A DNA stretch of 64,000 bases from contig CAZYEL010000001.1 in assembly GCA_964646415.1 (NCBI GenBank), positions 394-64,393 of the forward strand. The letters are read 5' to 3'. Source of the stretch: an uncultured Candidatus Saccharibacteria bacterium. Its GTDB lineage: Bacteria; Patescibacteriota; Minisyncoccia; UBA6257; 2-01-FULL-56-20. The notes beneath the pieces are model-generated. The model saw only the letters and a program-made list of their open reading frames with translations, was not told where the DNA came from and searched no databases. Position 1 is the first letter of the stretch. Each line of letters starts with the position of its first letter. This document shows, piece by piece, positions 8,242-17,478 of this stretch. The translations under genes and the position numbers were made by a program.

Positions 8242-8313
8242 GCCCTCGTAGCTTAACGGATAAAGCAGGACTCTTCTAAGGTCTTGATGGGGGTTCAATT
8301 CCCTCCGAGGGCA
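8242..8313 (+). tRNA. tRNA-Arg(TCT)
   Basis: GCCCTCG...CGAGGGC acceptor, D-arm GCTT/AAGC, anticodon loop CTTCTAA, T-loop TTCAATT. Confidence 0.85.
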
Positions 8314-8321
8314 CATAGCGT

Positions 8322-9155
8322 ATGAAACTCATCTCGCTCAACATCTTCGGTGGCAAGCATTTTGAGCCGCTCATGGAGTTTGTCCGCAAGGAAGCGCCGA
8401 CAACGGACATCTTCTGTTTTCAGGAAGTGTTTCGCTCAAAAAGCAGCCGCATAGAGAGCCGTGGCATCCGCACACACCTTTATGAGGAGTTCGGGAAGGT
8501 TCTCGCCGACTTCCAAGGGTTCTTCGCCGCCGAGCAGGACGGATACGACTTTGAAGGCCCGGTGGATTTTGACATCTCAACGGGGCAGGCAACGTTTATA
8601 CGGAAGTCGATTCGCGTCGCATCAACGGAGGAAGTGTTCGTATATCGCGCCCGCAACACCGCGGGAAACAACGAAACCATCCCCGCGAACATGCTCTGCA
8701 CGCGCATCACCCAAGGAGCCAAAGCCTTCTCGGTCATAAACCTGCACGGCCTTGCGCATCCCCCCAAGGAACTCGCGCAGCTGGAGAAAATTCCCCACTT
8801 CCTCGGCCACCGCGACACCCCCGACCGCCTCGCGCAATCCGAGAAAATTTTGGCGTTTCTCAAGAAAGAACGCGGCCTGCCTACCGGACAGGCAAGCGCG
8901 ATAATTCTCTGCGGGGACTTCAACCTCCGTCCGGAAACGCAAAGCTTTGCGATGCTTGAGGCGGGCATGCGGAACCTTATGCGCGAGTTCCACGTGGAAC
9001 GGACGCGCAGCCGCCACTCCCTTCATTTCGGCAAAGAGGACTTCGACCCGCTGGTGGATTACGTCCTCGTATCGCACGACGTGGAAGCGCATAGCTTAAC
9101 TGCGCCAGACATTGATATCTCCGACCACTTGCCGCTCGTACTGGAATTCAGTTAG
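8322..9155 (+). CDS. endonuclease/exonuclease/phosphatase (EEP) family protein
   Basis: 277 aa. 'LISLNIFGG' near the N-terminus, 'ILCGDFNLRPET' and 'DHLPLVLEF' near the C-terminus are hallmark EEP motifs. Confidence 0.7.
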   Translation: MKLISLNIFGGKHFEPLMEFVRKEAPTTDIFCFQEVFRSKSSRIESRGIRTHLYEEFGKVLADFQGFFAAEQDGYDFEGPVDFDISTGQATFIRKSIRVASTEEVFVYRARNTAGNNETIPANMLCTRITQGAKAFSVINLHGLAHPPKELAQLEKIPHFLGHRDTPDRLAQSEKILAFLKKERGLPTGQASAIILCGDFNLRPETQSFAMLEAGMRNLMREFHVERTRSRHSLHFGKEDFDPLVDYVLVSHDVEAHSLTAPDIDISDHLPLVLEFS

Positions 9156-9169
9156 AATCTGGGAACTAC

Positions 9170-9241
9170 GCGCGCTTAGCTCAGTGGCAGAGCGACCCGT
9201 TTACACCGGGTAGGTCGGGGGTTCGATCCCCTCAGCGCGCA
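9170..9241 (+). tRNA. tRNA-Val(TAC)
   Basis: GCGCGCT...AGCGCGC acceptor, D-arm GCTC-AGTGGCA-GAGC, anticodon stem ACCCG/CGGGT with loop TTTACAC, T-arm GGGGG-TTCGATC-CCCTC. Confidence 0.85.
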
Positions 9242-9417
9242 CATGTTACAATAATTCCATGCTTCTCACTCGCCGCATCGCAACTTGGTCAAGTTTTGTA
9301 AAGATGTCCCTCCCCCCAACATCGAGAGGGTAGTTGCCAGCTCAACGCGCCGTCCGTTGAGCACCCGCCCTCTCTTGGAGCGGGTTTTCGTTTATTCACC
9401 ACCAACATGAAGGAAGT

Positions 9418-10032
9418 ATGGAATACAGAGCAGTCCGCAACCGGTGCGCAGCGATTCTTGATTCACTGTCGCTCCCCATATCGCAGAGCGATGCAATGGC
9501 AGTCCTCAACCAAAACGGATTCCGCGTCGTTGAAGAAACAAATCTCGTCGCGCTTGCAAGGAGATGCATCGGCACGTCCCGCTATCGCCGAGGCGCAAAA
9601 CCTTCGGAAGCTCCCGCAGTGGTCGACTGCTCGAGCTTCACAAAATGGCTCTACGGCCAGCGCGGAATTTGGCTACCGCGGAGATCGATACAACAGCGAG
9701 AACTCGGCGAACCTATCCCGCTCGAAAACGTTGCCGCGGAAGACCTCATATTCGTCTCCGGCAAAGTCGACTACTACATCACTGACCCCGCCGACGGAGT
9801 AGGGCATGTAGGAATCGCGAGCGGAGAAAACACCGTCATCCATGCTGCAAACAAAAAAACGGGAGTAATAGAAACTCCACTGCACCAGTTCATTGAAAAA
9901 AATATGTTCCGTGGCGCGCGGCGCTACATTCCGAAAAACAAGGAGGTGCTCACGTTTGAAACGCCGCCAGAACGGGAAATAGAGATTGCGGGCGACCTCC
10001 AATGGGTGATTCTGCAATCGCTGCCGCAGTAA
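9418..10032 (+). CDS. NlpC/P60 (C40) family cell-wall peptidase
   Basis: Catalytic Cys context 'DCSSFTKWLY' and downstream His 'GHVGIASG' are typical of the C40 papain-like fold. Confidence 0.65.
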   Translation: MEYRAVRNRCAAILDSLSLPISQSDAMAVLNQNGFRVVEETNLVALARRCIGTSRYRRGAKPSEAPAVVDCSSFTKWLYGQRGIWLPRRSIQQRELGEPIPLENVAAEDLIFVSGKVDYYITDPADGVGHVGIASGENTVIHAANKKTGVIETPLHQFIEKNMFRGARRYIPKNKEVLTFETPPEREIEIAGDLQWVILQSLPQ

Positions 10033-10095
10033 CGAAATCACGAAGGCGACCCCCTGAAGGTCGCCTTTTCTTTCCTGCGCGAGCGCACCCCCGCG

Positions 10096-11100
10096 TTATC
10101 GCGCCATGCTCTTCAAAACTTCAAGGTAGAGTTCCTCCACAATTCTCTCCTGCGCCCGTCCCGTCGCCGCATAGTGGTCGAGTCCCGGCGCGGCGTTTAC
10201 TTCAAGCACCCAGTACTCGTGCAGCTTCTCCGTGATGCTCCCCTTCACCATGAGGTCAACTCCGCAGAGGCGGAGCCCCATGTCGCGCGTGAGGCGCACC
10301 GCAATCCGGTGGAACGCCGGGTGTACGTTTTTCGTCACGTCCACGGAATCCCCTCCCGTCGAGAGATTCGCGTTGTCGAGCAAATAGATGCGCGCGCCCT
10401 TTGGAGGCACGGAGCGGAACGTGAGCCCCTGCCGCGCAAGCTTCAACGCAATACGCGGGTCATGCATTTTAATGCGTGTGTCGCGGCTCGCGGCGACGAA
10501 CCGACGCTGCTTCACTTGCAAAAGCTGCCGGATGGTGTGCTTCCCATCCCCCACCACATGAAGCGGGATGCGCTCATACGCCGATATCACCCGGCCATCA
10601 AGCACCACCACGCGATAATCCGTGCCACGCACCGGTTTCTGCACAAGCGCCACTCTGTCGCGGACAAACACGGCGCGCACGGCGCGGAAAAACTCAACTC
10701 TGTTGTATGCATACGCGACATTCGTCCCTTGGCTCCCGCTGTTCGGCTTTACCACCACCGGAAACCCGATGGTCTTTGCATAGCGGTATGCCGCATCAAT
10801 ATCCCGCCGCGACCCGATTGCCTTGCACCAGTCATACGAGAAAAATGCCCGTCCGGGAATCACGGGGTAGCCCATCCGCCGCATGAAAAAATTGGCGTAG
10901 TCTTTGTCTTTCGCGATGTCGGATGCGCCAAGCGGATTCAAGTCAAGACTCGAATAGCGGAAATAGCGCTTCCTGCCGTTCTTAAAAATTATCTGCCCGA
11001 CGATGTTCCACTCGGGCTCAAGCACCACGCGCGCCCCGATTTTCGGAGCGATTTTCTGCAACACCTTCCCCAAAAGCGGGGTCTGATAATTTCTTCGCAT
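10096..11100 (-). CDS. ATP-grasp family ligase (RimK/cyanophycin-synthetase-like)
   Basis: 'VVVKPNSGSQGTNV', 'DYRVVVLDGRVISAYER' and 'LCGVDLMV...VLEVNAAPGL' match ATP-grasp motifs. Confidence 0.6.
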   Translation of the reverse strand: MRRNYQTPLLGKVLQKIAPKIGARVVLEPEWNIVGQIIFKNGRKRYFRYSSLDLNPLGASDIAKDKDYANFFMRRMGYPVIPGRAFFSYDWCKAIGSRRDIDAAYRYAKTIGFPVVVKPNSGSQGTNVAYAYNRVEFFRAVRAVFVRDRVALVQKPVRGTDYRVVVLDGRVISAYERIPLHVVGDGKHTIRQLLQVKQRRFVAASRDTRIKMHDPRIALKLARQGLTFRSVPPKGARIYLLDNANLSTGGDSVDVTKNVHPAFHRIAVRLTRDMGLRLCGVDLMVKGSITEKLHEYWVLEVNAAPGLDHYAATGRAQERIVEELYLEVLKSMAR

Positions 11101-11118
11101 TGGAGATAGTTCTCCCGA

Positions 11119-11943
11119 TTACTTCTCGTTCAACGCGTAGAAATTCTCAAAAAGTTTCGCCACAAGGATAGGACCCGTGCCTCCGGGGGTAGGAGTATAT
11201 ACAACAGCTTCGAGCTTTAAGCTTTTAGCTTTAAGGGAATCAGGGTCGAAATCGCCAAGGAGTTTTCCGTCTACGGAGTCGTAGCCGAAATCAATCACGA
11301 GCGCATTTCCTTTAAGCATTGCTGCATTGAAAAGTTTTGCTTTGCCGACACCGGAAATTACCACGTCGCAATTCTTTAGTATGGCGAAATCCGCTCCGCG
11401 CCCCAGAATATAAAGCTCGCTCACCTTACGCATAAGCCAGACCGCAATGGGCTTTCCTATGAGCATCCCCGCGCCGATGACCACTGCCCGATTACCCTTC
11501 AAATCAAAGTTCGCGCACCGCAATACCTCTTCCACGGTGGCGACCGCAGGGTGGAGCACCTTCGCGCGATTGTTATAGTGTGCGCCCAGCGTCCGCTCAC
11601 TCAAGCAATCAGGGTCTTTCTCCGGCGGAATCGCATTCACGATGTATGTGGCGTTCAAGGGCTCAGGGAGCGGCAGCTGCACAATCACGCCGCCGCACGT
11701 TTTCCCCGCGGCGATTTTTCCCACTTCTTCCCGCAGCTTGTCGTTCCCGAGCGCGGGGTCGAGTTTATAGATGCGGTAGTCAATTCCCAACCCTTTCGCG
11801 GTGTCCTGTTTCAGCTTCTGGAAACTCGCGGACGCGGGGTCGTCCCCGATCAAAACCCCGGCGAAGAATTTCTTCGGCTTCGGTTGTTCTTTCAGCCGTG
11901 CGAGGAGTTCGGCGGCGATTTTTTTTCCGTCAATCACAATCAT
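11119..11943 (-). CDS. folD: bifunctional methylenetetrahydrofolate dehydrogenase/cyclohydrolase
   Basis: 274 aa with the conserved 'YTPTPGGTGPILVAKLFEN' C-terminal motif and the Rossmann 'VVIGAGMLIGKP'. Confidence 0.9.
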   Translation of the reverse strand: MIVIDGKKIAAELLARLKEQPKPKKFFAGVLIGDDPASASFQKLKQDTAKGLGIDYRIYKLDPALGNDKLREEVGKIAAGKTCGGVIVQLPLPEPLNATYIVNAIPPEKDPDCLSERTLGAHYNNRAKVLHPAVATVEEVLRCANFDLKGNRAVVIGAGMLIGKPIAVWLMRKVSELYILGRGADFAILKNCDVVISGVGKAKLFNAAMLKGNALVIDFGYDSVDGKLLGDFDPDSLKAKSLKLEAVVYTPTPGGTGPILVAKLFENFYALNEK

Positions 11944-12046
11944 CGAGTAAGTAGTAGGTAGTATGTGGTAGGTAGTAAAAAATGCAACAGTAGCGCTTGT
12001 TTTTGCCCATATTGCCCTACTACCTACTACTTACCACCTACTAGCG
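11944..12046. repeat. MITE-like element with imperfect terminal inverted repeats of (T)AGTAGGTAG units in the glyA-folD spacer
   Basis: Left arm 'agtaggtagtatgtggtaggtagt', right arm 'ctactacctactacttaccacctact'. The internal 'gcaacagtagcgcttgtttttgc' region has a T-tract. An exact 23-nt copy of the left arm recurs inverted at 17453..17475. Confidence 0.6.
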
Positions 12047-13297
12047 CTACGCATCGATCCCGGGCACGGGGAACTTGCGTGCAAACTCGGCAACGCGTGA
12101 TTTAATCTCCACAAGCTTCTCGTCACTCCCCCTATTCTGCAACGCTTCATCGATAAGCCCAGCAACGGTTTCCATGTCGGCTTCCGCAAGCCCCCGCGTC
12201 GTGACCGCCGGGGTGCCAAGGCGAACACCCGAAGGATCAACCGGCTTCCGGGGATCGTAGGGAATCATGTTTTTGTTTATGGAAATGCTCACCCGCTCCA
12301 GCGCACGCTCCGCTTCTTTCCCCGTAATCTGTTTGCTCCCAAACACATCCACAAGAAAGCTGTGATTGTCCGTGCCCCCCGAGATAACGCGATACCCCCG
12401 CTTGGTGAGGGCGACGGCGAATGCCCGTGCGTTCGTAATCACCCGCTTCGCATAATCCGCAAACTCCGGCTGAAGCGCTTCGCCGAACGCGACCGCCTTC
12501 GCCGCGGTAATGTGGTCGTGCGGACCGCCCTGAACGCCCGGGAACACCGCGCGGTCAATGTCTTTCGCAAATTTTTCTTTACACATGATAATGCCGCCCC
12601 GGGGACCCCGCAGCGTCTTGTGAGTCGTCGTTGACACCACATCGAAATACGGCACGGGGTTCTCAAGCTGCTTTCCCGCAATAAGCCCCGCGATGTGCGC
12701 AACGTCGGCAAACGTATACGCGCCAACCTTGTCCGCGATTTCTTTAAAGCGCTTCCAATCCAGGCTCCTGCTGTACGCGGAAAAACCGGCAAGTATCATC
12801 TTCGGCTTCTCGCGGAGCGCGATTGCTTCAACTTCATCCATATCAATCACTTCCGTATCGCGCCGCACCGTGTAGGGAATGATAGTATATAGCTTCCCTG
12901 AAAAATTGAGTGGGTGCCCGTGAGAAAGGTGCCCCCCCTGGTCAAGCGAGAATCCCAATACTTTATCACCCACCTTCAAGAGCGCCATGTACACTGCGAG
13001 GTTTGCCGGACTTCCCGAAAGCGGTTGGACATTCACGTGATCCGCGCCGAAAAGCTCTCTCGCGCGCGTTATGGCGAGCGTCTCCACTTCGTCAATAATT
13101 TCGTTCCCGCCGTAATAGCGTTTACCGGGGTACCCCTCGGAATACTTGTTAGTAAGCACGCTCCCCATCGCAGTCAATACTGCGCTCGAAACATAGTTCT
13201 CTGACGCGATGAGTTCGAGCCCCTCCTTCTGCCGTTTTTTTTCACGCTCGATGATTGCGGCTACCTCCGGGTCCTGTTGTGCAAGTGATGAATTCAT
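12047..13297 (-). CDS. glyA: serine hydroxymethyltransferase
   Basis: 416 aa with a PLP-binding region 'TTHKTLRGPRGG' and full-length SHMT homology. Confidence 0.95.
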   Translation of the reverse strand: MNSSLAQQDPEVAAIIEREKKRQKEGLELIASENYVSSAVLTAMGSVLTNKYSEGYPGKRYYGGNEIIDEVETLAITRARELFGADHVNVQPLSGSPANLAVYMALLKVGDKVLGFSLDQGGHLSHGHPLNFSGKLYTIIPYTVRRDTEVIDMDEVEAIALREKPKMILAGFSAYSRSLDWKRFKEIADKVGAYTFADVAHIAGLIAGKQLENPVPYFDVVSTTTHKTLRGPRGGIIMCKEKFAKDIDRAVFPGVQGGPHDHITAAKAVAFGEALQPEFADYAKRVITNARAFAVALTKRGYRVISGGTDNHSFLVDVFGSKQITGKEAERALERVSISINKNMIPYDPRKPVDPSGVRLGTPAVTTRGLAEADMETVAGLIDEALQNRGSDEKLVEIKSRVAEFARKFPVPGIDA

Positions 13298-13334
13298 ATC
13301 TTCATTATCATACTCATTCTTCTCCTCCCACCCA

Positions 13335-14066
13335 CTACTTCCCTTCTTTAATCTCCCAATCCATGTGCATCCGCGGGAGCATTGTCTCCGGCTTCCAGGT
13401 GAGTTTCAGTTCGTTTAAGTCTGAGCTTGCTTGATACTTCCCGCTGTCGGTCGCATAGTCCTTCGTGTTCGAAGTGAGTGGCGCCACTTCATAAAACACC
13501 ATCTGCCCGATGCGCCGCCCCACCACGAGCGGAATCGAAAAATTCTGGGAGTTGTTCGTCACTTCCATTGTCCACCGGTTGATGTACCCGATATCGCCCC
13601 ACCCCGCGTCTTTGCACACCTCGATGAAATTTCTGCCGAGCGACGAACGCGCGTACATTTTTGCGACGCAAATATCGCGCCCGCCGATGAACTCCTGCGT
13701 GTGCCCCAAAACCGTTTCCCCCGGCGCAAGGAGAACGATGCGCGCGCCGCGCGGGATGTTTTTGAACTTTTGGTTCAGCCGTCGCTCCACGACTTCCACC
13801 GCTTCCGCCTCGAAAGGGCCGTTCCAGACCGCCGCGGTAGACTCGGCATCGTACACATTGTGGATAGTCGCCCGCCCGCCCGGGTGCCGCTCGCGCCAAA
13901 ACCATGCACCAAGCGTCACATCGTAACTCGTCGTCTTCAGGTTCCGGTCCTCAAAGGGCTCGATAACAATCGTTCCCTGCTTCATATGCTTCAAAATCTG
14001 GTCGCGAGAAAGCAGCATGGAATAAGTTGGTTGCCGGTCGGCTAATTGGTTACAAGCGTACGGCAA
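13335..14066 (-). CDS. dcd: dCTP deaminase family protein (probable start MLLSRDQIL at 14021)
   Basis: 'SRDQILKHMKQGTIVIEP...SYDVTLG' and 'VLLAPGETVLGHTQEFIG' fit the dUTPase-like beta-barrel fold of Dcd. Confidence 0.6.
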   Translation of the reverse strand: MPYACNQLADRQPTYSMLLSRDQILKHMKQGTIVIEPFEDRNLKTTSYDVTLGAWFWRERHPGGRATIHNVYDAESTAAVWNGPFEAEAVEVVERRLNQKFKNIPRGARIVLLAPGETVLGHTQEFIGGRDICVAKMYARSSLGRNFIEVCKDAGWGDIGYINRWTMEVTNNSQNFSIPLVVGRRIGQMVFYEVAPLTSNTKDYATDSGKYQASSDLNELKLTWKPETMLPRMHMDWEIKEGK

Positions 14067-14090
14067 AAAAAGCCCCGCCGCAAGCCTGGG

Positions 14091-14729
14091 TCATCGGTTC
14101 TTGCTCGTCCAGAGGTTGTCCCACCATGCGGAAGGCTCCGTTTCGTAAATCGTTTTCCCGAGTTCTTTTGCCGACTTGAGTTTGAGTTTCTTGAGCTGCG
14201 CATTCGCGCGCAATTTACCCTTTCCTTCATAAAGCCACTTTACCGCTTCGCGGTTTCCCTGCCACTCGTACTCGCGGAGAAGGAGGATCTCGTCCAAAAG
14301 ATCCGCGTCTTTCGCAATAACCGCTTCTTTTGTCTTCCTCGCTTCGTATTCCTGCGCGAACACATGTACGTCGCCGAATGGCAGTCCGCTGAGCTGTTCC
14401 TCGATTATTTCGTCGTTGAAAATCTTTACATACCGCTTATGCACCCAGTTATGGTCGTTGCTCCGCGCCTCGCCCAAGTCGTGCGTGAGCGCCATCATCA
14501 CCACTTTGTAGGGATCGACTTTCTCCTTTTTCGCAAGCGCCCATGCAATCAAGGCTACGCGAAAAGAGTGGGAGGCGATGTTGTCCGACATGTCGTCGCT
14601 CAAAAGCGTCTGCCGGTGCACGCGCGAAAGCTTTCGGAGCGTGCCCGCCTCGAAAAGGAAATTCGCGATTTTTTGGTCGTTCGTGAGCCGAAGGTTTCGC
14701 CGCTTGGTCATGGAAGTAGGGTAACGCAT
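14091..14729 (-). CDS. HD-domain 5'-deoxynucleotidase (YfbR-like)
   Basis: HD motif 'HSFRVALIAWAL...THDLGEARSNDHNW'. Confidence 0.65.
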   Translation of the reverse strand: MRYPTSMTKRRNLRLTNDQKIANFLFEAGTLRKLSRVHRQTLLSDDMSDNIASHSFRVALIAWALAKKEKVDPYKVVMMALTHDLGEARSNDHNWVHKRYVKIFNDEIIEEQLSGLPFGDVHVFAQEYEARKTKEAVIAKDADLLDEILLLREYEWQGNREAVKWLYEGKGKLRANAQLKKLKLKSAKELGKTIYETEPSAWWDNLWTSKNR

Positions 14730-14757
14730 TCCGTCAGCTTGTTACACCGCTCTGCTT

Positions 14758-15171
14758 TCATAAAAGTGCCGAGAGGTTTCCGTTCAAAATCATCGGCTGC
14801 ACCGCTTCAAGCTCCGCGCGGTACGAAATATCAGGCAACGGGTTTACGCAACATAGTTTCTTCTTCAGCACATGCGCAAACGCCATCTCGATAAGAGTGT
14901 TGCCGCCGATGTATCCGGGGATACTTTTTTTCTCGGGATTCACCACCAATACCGCATCATACGTTTTCATCGCCTCATAATACCCGCGGATAAGGTCGTC
15001 CTCGATTTTCCGCCGGGCTTTTTCCGAAGAAGACGCGTCCAGCCCCTCCCACTCGCCTAAGTGCTTCACGCCTTCGGGGATCTCTACTTCATGCCCTTGC
15101 TCAACCAACTGATTCTTGGCTTTCAAGATATCGCTGGCCGCACTGATTGACCCACATATGATGACTTTCAC
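14758..15171 (-). CDS. nucleoside 2-deoxyribosyltransferase-like (PF05014-like) protein
   Basis: 137 aa. 'MKVIICGSISAA...' is a Rossmann-like N-terminus typical of the NDT/Rcl family. It starts 1 nt downstream of tRNA-His. Confidence 0.4.
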   Translation of the reverse strand: MKVIICGSISAASDILKAKNQLVEQGHEVEIPEGVKHLGEWEGLDASSSEKARRKIEDDLIRGYYEAMKTYDAVLVVNPEKKSIPGYIGGNTLIEMAFAHVLKKKLCCVNPLPDISYRAELEAVQPMILNGNLSALL

Positions 15172-15172
15172 T

Positions 15173-15247
15173 TGGGGTGCCCAACGGGAATCGAACCCGT
15201 GACGCCGCTGCCACAGAGCGGAGTTTTACCGCTAAACTATGGGCACC
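15173..15247 (-). tRNA. tRNA-His(GTG) with encoded G-1 and CCA
   Basis: Reverse complement is G-GTGCCCA...TGGGCAC-C-CCA. Anticodon loop CTGTGGC. The G-1:C73 pair is diagnostic of tRNA-His. Confidence 0.85.
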
Positions 15248-15365
15248 ATGCGCAAAACAGTGTAGATAATTTTGGCATTATCCGCAACCTCCCTTGTTTT
15301 GAGCCTCGTTTTTTCGTATGCTTAACCCGTCCTAAGTTCTAATGGCTAATTTCTAATCACTCCCC

Positions 15366-17198
15366 ATGTCCAACGTCGCCAAAAATGTTCTCTGGGCTAT
15401 CGTCACCCTGTTTTTTGTGTCCCTCGTGTTTTCTTCCTTTGCAGGGAACGCCCCCTCGCCTGAAAAATTAAGCTTGAGCCAACTCGCGCAGCGCGTGGCC
15501 GCAGGCGAGGTAAAAGAAATCGCCGTGAACGGCGATGACCTTGTCATCAAACTCCAAAATGACAAGACTGCCAATTCGAAAAAAGAAACGGAAGCGGGAC
15601 TCACGGAAACTTTCAAAAACCTGGGCGTGTCCGCCGACGCGATTCAAAAAGTAAGCGTGACCGTGCAGGGCCCTTCGGGGTTCCAATTTTGGGCGGGTAT
15701 TCTTATCCCCACGCTTCTTCCTATTTTCGCCATCGGCTTCTTCTTCTGGCTTATGTTCCGGCAGGCGCGCACGGGAGCAAGCCAGGCGTTCAGCTTCGGC
15801 CGGTCAAACGTCCGCCTTACCGCACCCGACAAGGAGAAAGTGCTTTTCAAGGACGTCGCAGGGCTCAAGGAAGCGAAAGAAGAACTTTTTGAAGTCGTCG
15901 ACTTTCTCAAAAACCCGAAGAAGTTTCTCGACCTCGGCGCGCGCATTCCCCGCGGCGTGCTTTTGATGGGCCCTCCCGGCACGGGGAAGACGCTCGTCGC
16001 GCGGGCAGTCGCAGGCGAGTCAAGCGTTCCTTTCTTCCACCTTTCCGCCTCAGAATTCGTGGAGATGTTCGTAGGCGTGGGCGCCTCGCGCACGCGCGAT
16101 GCGTTCGCCGTGGCGAAAAAAGCCGCACCCGCGATTCTCTTTATCGACGAGATTGACGCCGTCGGCCGCCAGCGCGGCGCGGGTTTGGGCGGCGGGAACG
16201 ACGAGCGAGAGCAAACCTTGAACCAAATCCTTGTCGAGCTCGACGGCTTCGACCGCGACACGCGCGTCATCGTGCTTGCGGCGACAAACCGTCCCGACAT
16301 CCTTGACCCCGCGCTTCTCCGGCCCGGACGATTCGACCGGCGCGTAGTACTCGACCTCCCCGACCTCAATGACCGCGAGGCAATACTTAAAATTCACGCG
16401 CGGGGAAAAGCAATCGCCTCCTCGGTAGATCTCCGAAAAGTTGCCGTACGCACTCCGGGGTTTTCCGGCGCAGACCTTGCCAATCTAATGAACGAAGGGG
16501 CGATTCTTGCCGCGCGGGAAAATAAGAAAGAAATTGGCCAAAACGAATTCTTCAGCGCCGTCGAGAAGGTACTCCTCGGCCCCGAGCGGAAAAGCCGCGC
16601 CATCAGCCCCCGCGAGAAAGAAATCACCGCGTACCACGAAGCAGGGCACGCCCTTGCTGCCGCATCCCTTAAAGACGCCGACCCCGTGCATAAGGTTTCC
16701 ATCATCAGCCGCGGTATGGCGGGCGGCTACACCATGAAACTCCCCATCGAGGAACAGCACCTCCGCACGCGGCGGCAATTCCTCACCGACCTCGCTATGA
16801 TGATGGGCGGCTACGTGTCGGAAAAACTTACATTTGGCGACGTTTCAACCGGCGCCTCAAACGACTTGCGGCAAGCGACGGAACTCGCACGGCGGCTTGT
16901 CACCAAATACGGCATGAGCGAAATGGGACCCCAAACCTTCGGCAAAGCTGAAGAGCTCGTGTTCCTCGGGCGCGAGATTGCCATGGAAAAAGACTACTCG
17001 GAAAAAGTGGCGGCACAGATTGACGAAGAAGTGCGCTCCTTTATCACGGGCGCCTACGCCACCGCCGAGAAGCTTTTGAAGACCCACAAGGCGGCGCTCA
17101 AGGCAATCGCCACAACGCTTGTCGAGAAAGAAACGCTCGAGCAGGAAGAATTCCTCGCAGTTTTGAAACCCTTCAAAATCAAACCGGTGGCGGCATAG
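15366..17198 (+). CDS. ftsH: ATP-dependent zinc metalloprotease FtsH
   Basis: 610 aa. AAA+ Walker A 'GPPGTGKT', second region of homology, Zn-binding 'HEAGHAL' and two N-terminal TM helices. Confidence 0.95.
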   Translation: MSNVAKNVLWAIVTLFFVSLVFSSFAGNAPSPEKLSLSQLAQRVAAGEVKEIAVNGDDLVIKLQNDKTANSKKETEAGLTETFKNLGVSADAIQKVSVTVQGPSGFQFWAGILIPTLLPIFAIGFFFWLMFRQARTGASQAFSFGRSNVRLTAPDKEKVLFKDVAGLKEAKEELFEVVDFLKNPKKFLDLGARIPRGVLLMGPPGTGKTLVARAVAGESSVPFFHLSASEFVEMFVGVGASRTRDAFAVAKKAAPAILFIDEIDAVGRQRGAGLGGGNDEREQTLNQILVELDGFDRDTRVIVLAATNRPDILDPALLRPGRFDRRVVLDLPDLNDREAILKIHARGKAIASSVDLRKVAVRTPGFSGADLANLMNEGAILAARENKKEIGQNEFFSAVEKVLLGPERKSRAISPREKEITAYHEAGHALAAASLKDADPVHKVSIISRGMAGGYTMKLPIEEQHLRTRRQFLTDLAMMMGGYVSEKLTFGDVSTGASNDLRQATELARRLVTKYGMSEMGPQTFGKAEELVFLGREIAMEKDYSEKVAAQIDEEVRSFITGAYATAEKLLKTHKAALKAIATTLVEKETLEQEEFLAVLKPFKIKPVAA

Positions 17199-17256
17199 TG
17201 TGATGCACTAAAGGGAGTGCAGAGTACTTCCTTCCGAAAACTCTCAATGTCTAACT

Positions 17257-17330
17257 TGGTCGGCCTGGAAGGAATCGAACCTTCGTCAGACGTGTATAAG
17301 ACGTCGGCTTTACCATTAAGCTACAGGCCG
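17257..17330 (-). tRNA. tRNA-Ile(TAT) (anticodon UAU, AUA-reading); encoded CCA
   Basis: Reverse complement is CGGCCTG-TA-GCTT-AATGGTA-AAGC-C-GACGT-CTTATAC-ACGTC-TGAC-GAAGG-TTCGATT-CCTTC-CAGGCCG-ACCA. All four stems are Watson-Crick. Confidence 0.75.
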
Positions 17331-17452
17331 GCACTCCTATTTCTACCCGCCCTCGCTGCCAATTTCAAGACAATCGCTCTGCCGTCGAGCTGCGGACCGT
17401 TTGTCTTCTAGTGGTACCCTCGCCAGCGCGAATTTTAAGGCAGCTCTGTGTC

Positions 17453-17475
17453 GCTACCTACCACATACTACCTAC
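17453..17475. repeat. solo inverted copy of the 23-nt TAGTAGGTAG-type repeat arm
   Basis: 'ctacctaccacatactacctact' is the exact reverse complement of 11951..11973. Confidence 0.8.
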
Positions 17476-17478
17476 TCT

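Noticed and set aside
9407-9802. Alternative-frame 131-aa ORF overlapping the start of the NlpC/P60 gene
   Set aside because: The Ser/Thr/Arg-rich translation lacks motifs. The 9418 frame carries the C40 catalytic Cys/His.
10174-11109. 311-aa plus-strand ORF
   Set aside because: It is antisense to the ATP-grasp gene. The translation is His/Arg-rich with no motifs. It is a high-GC artefact.
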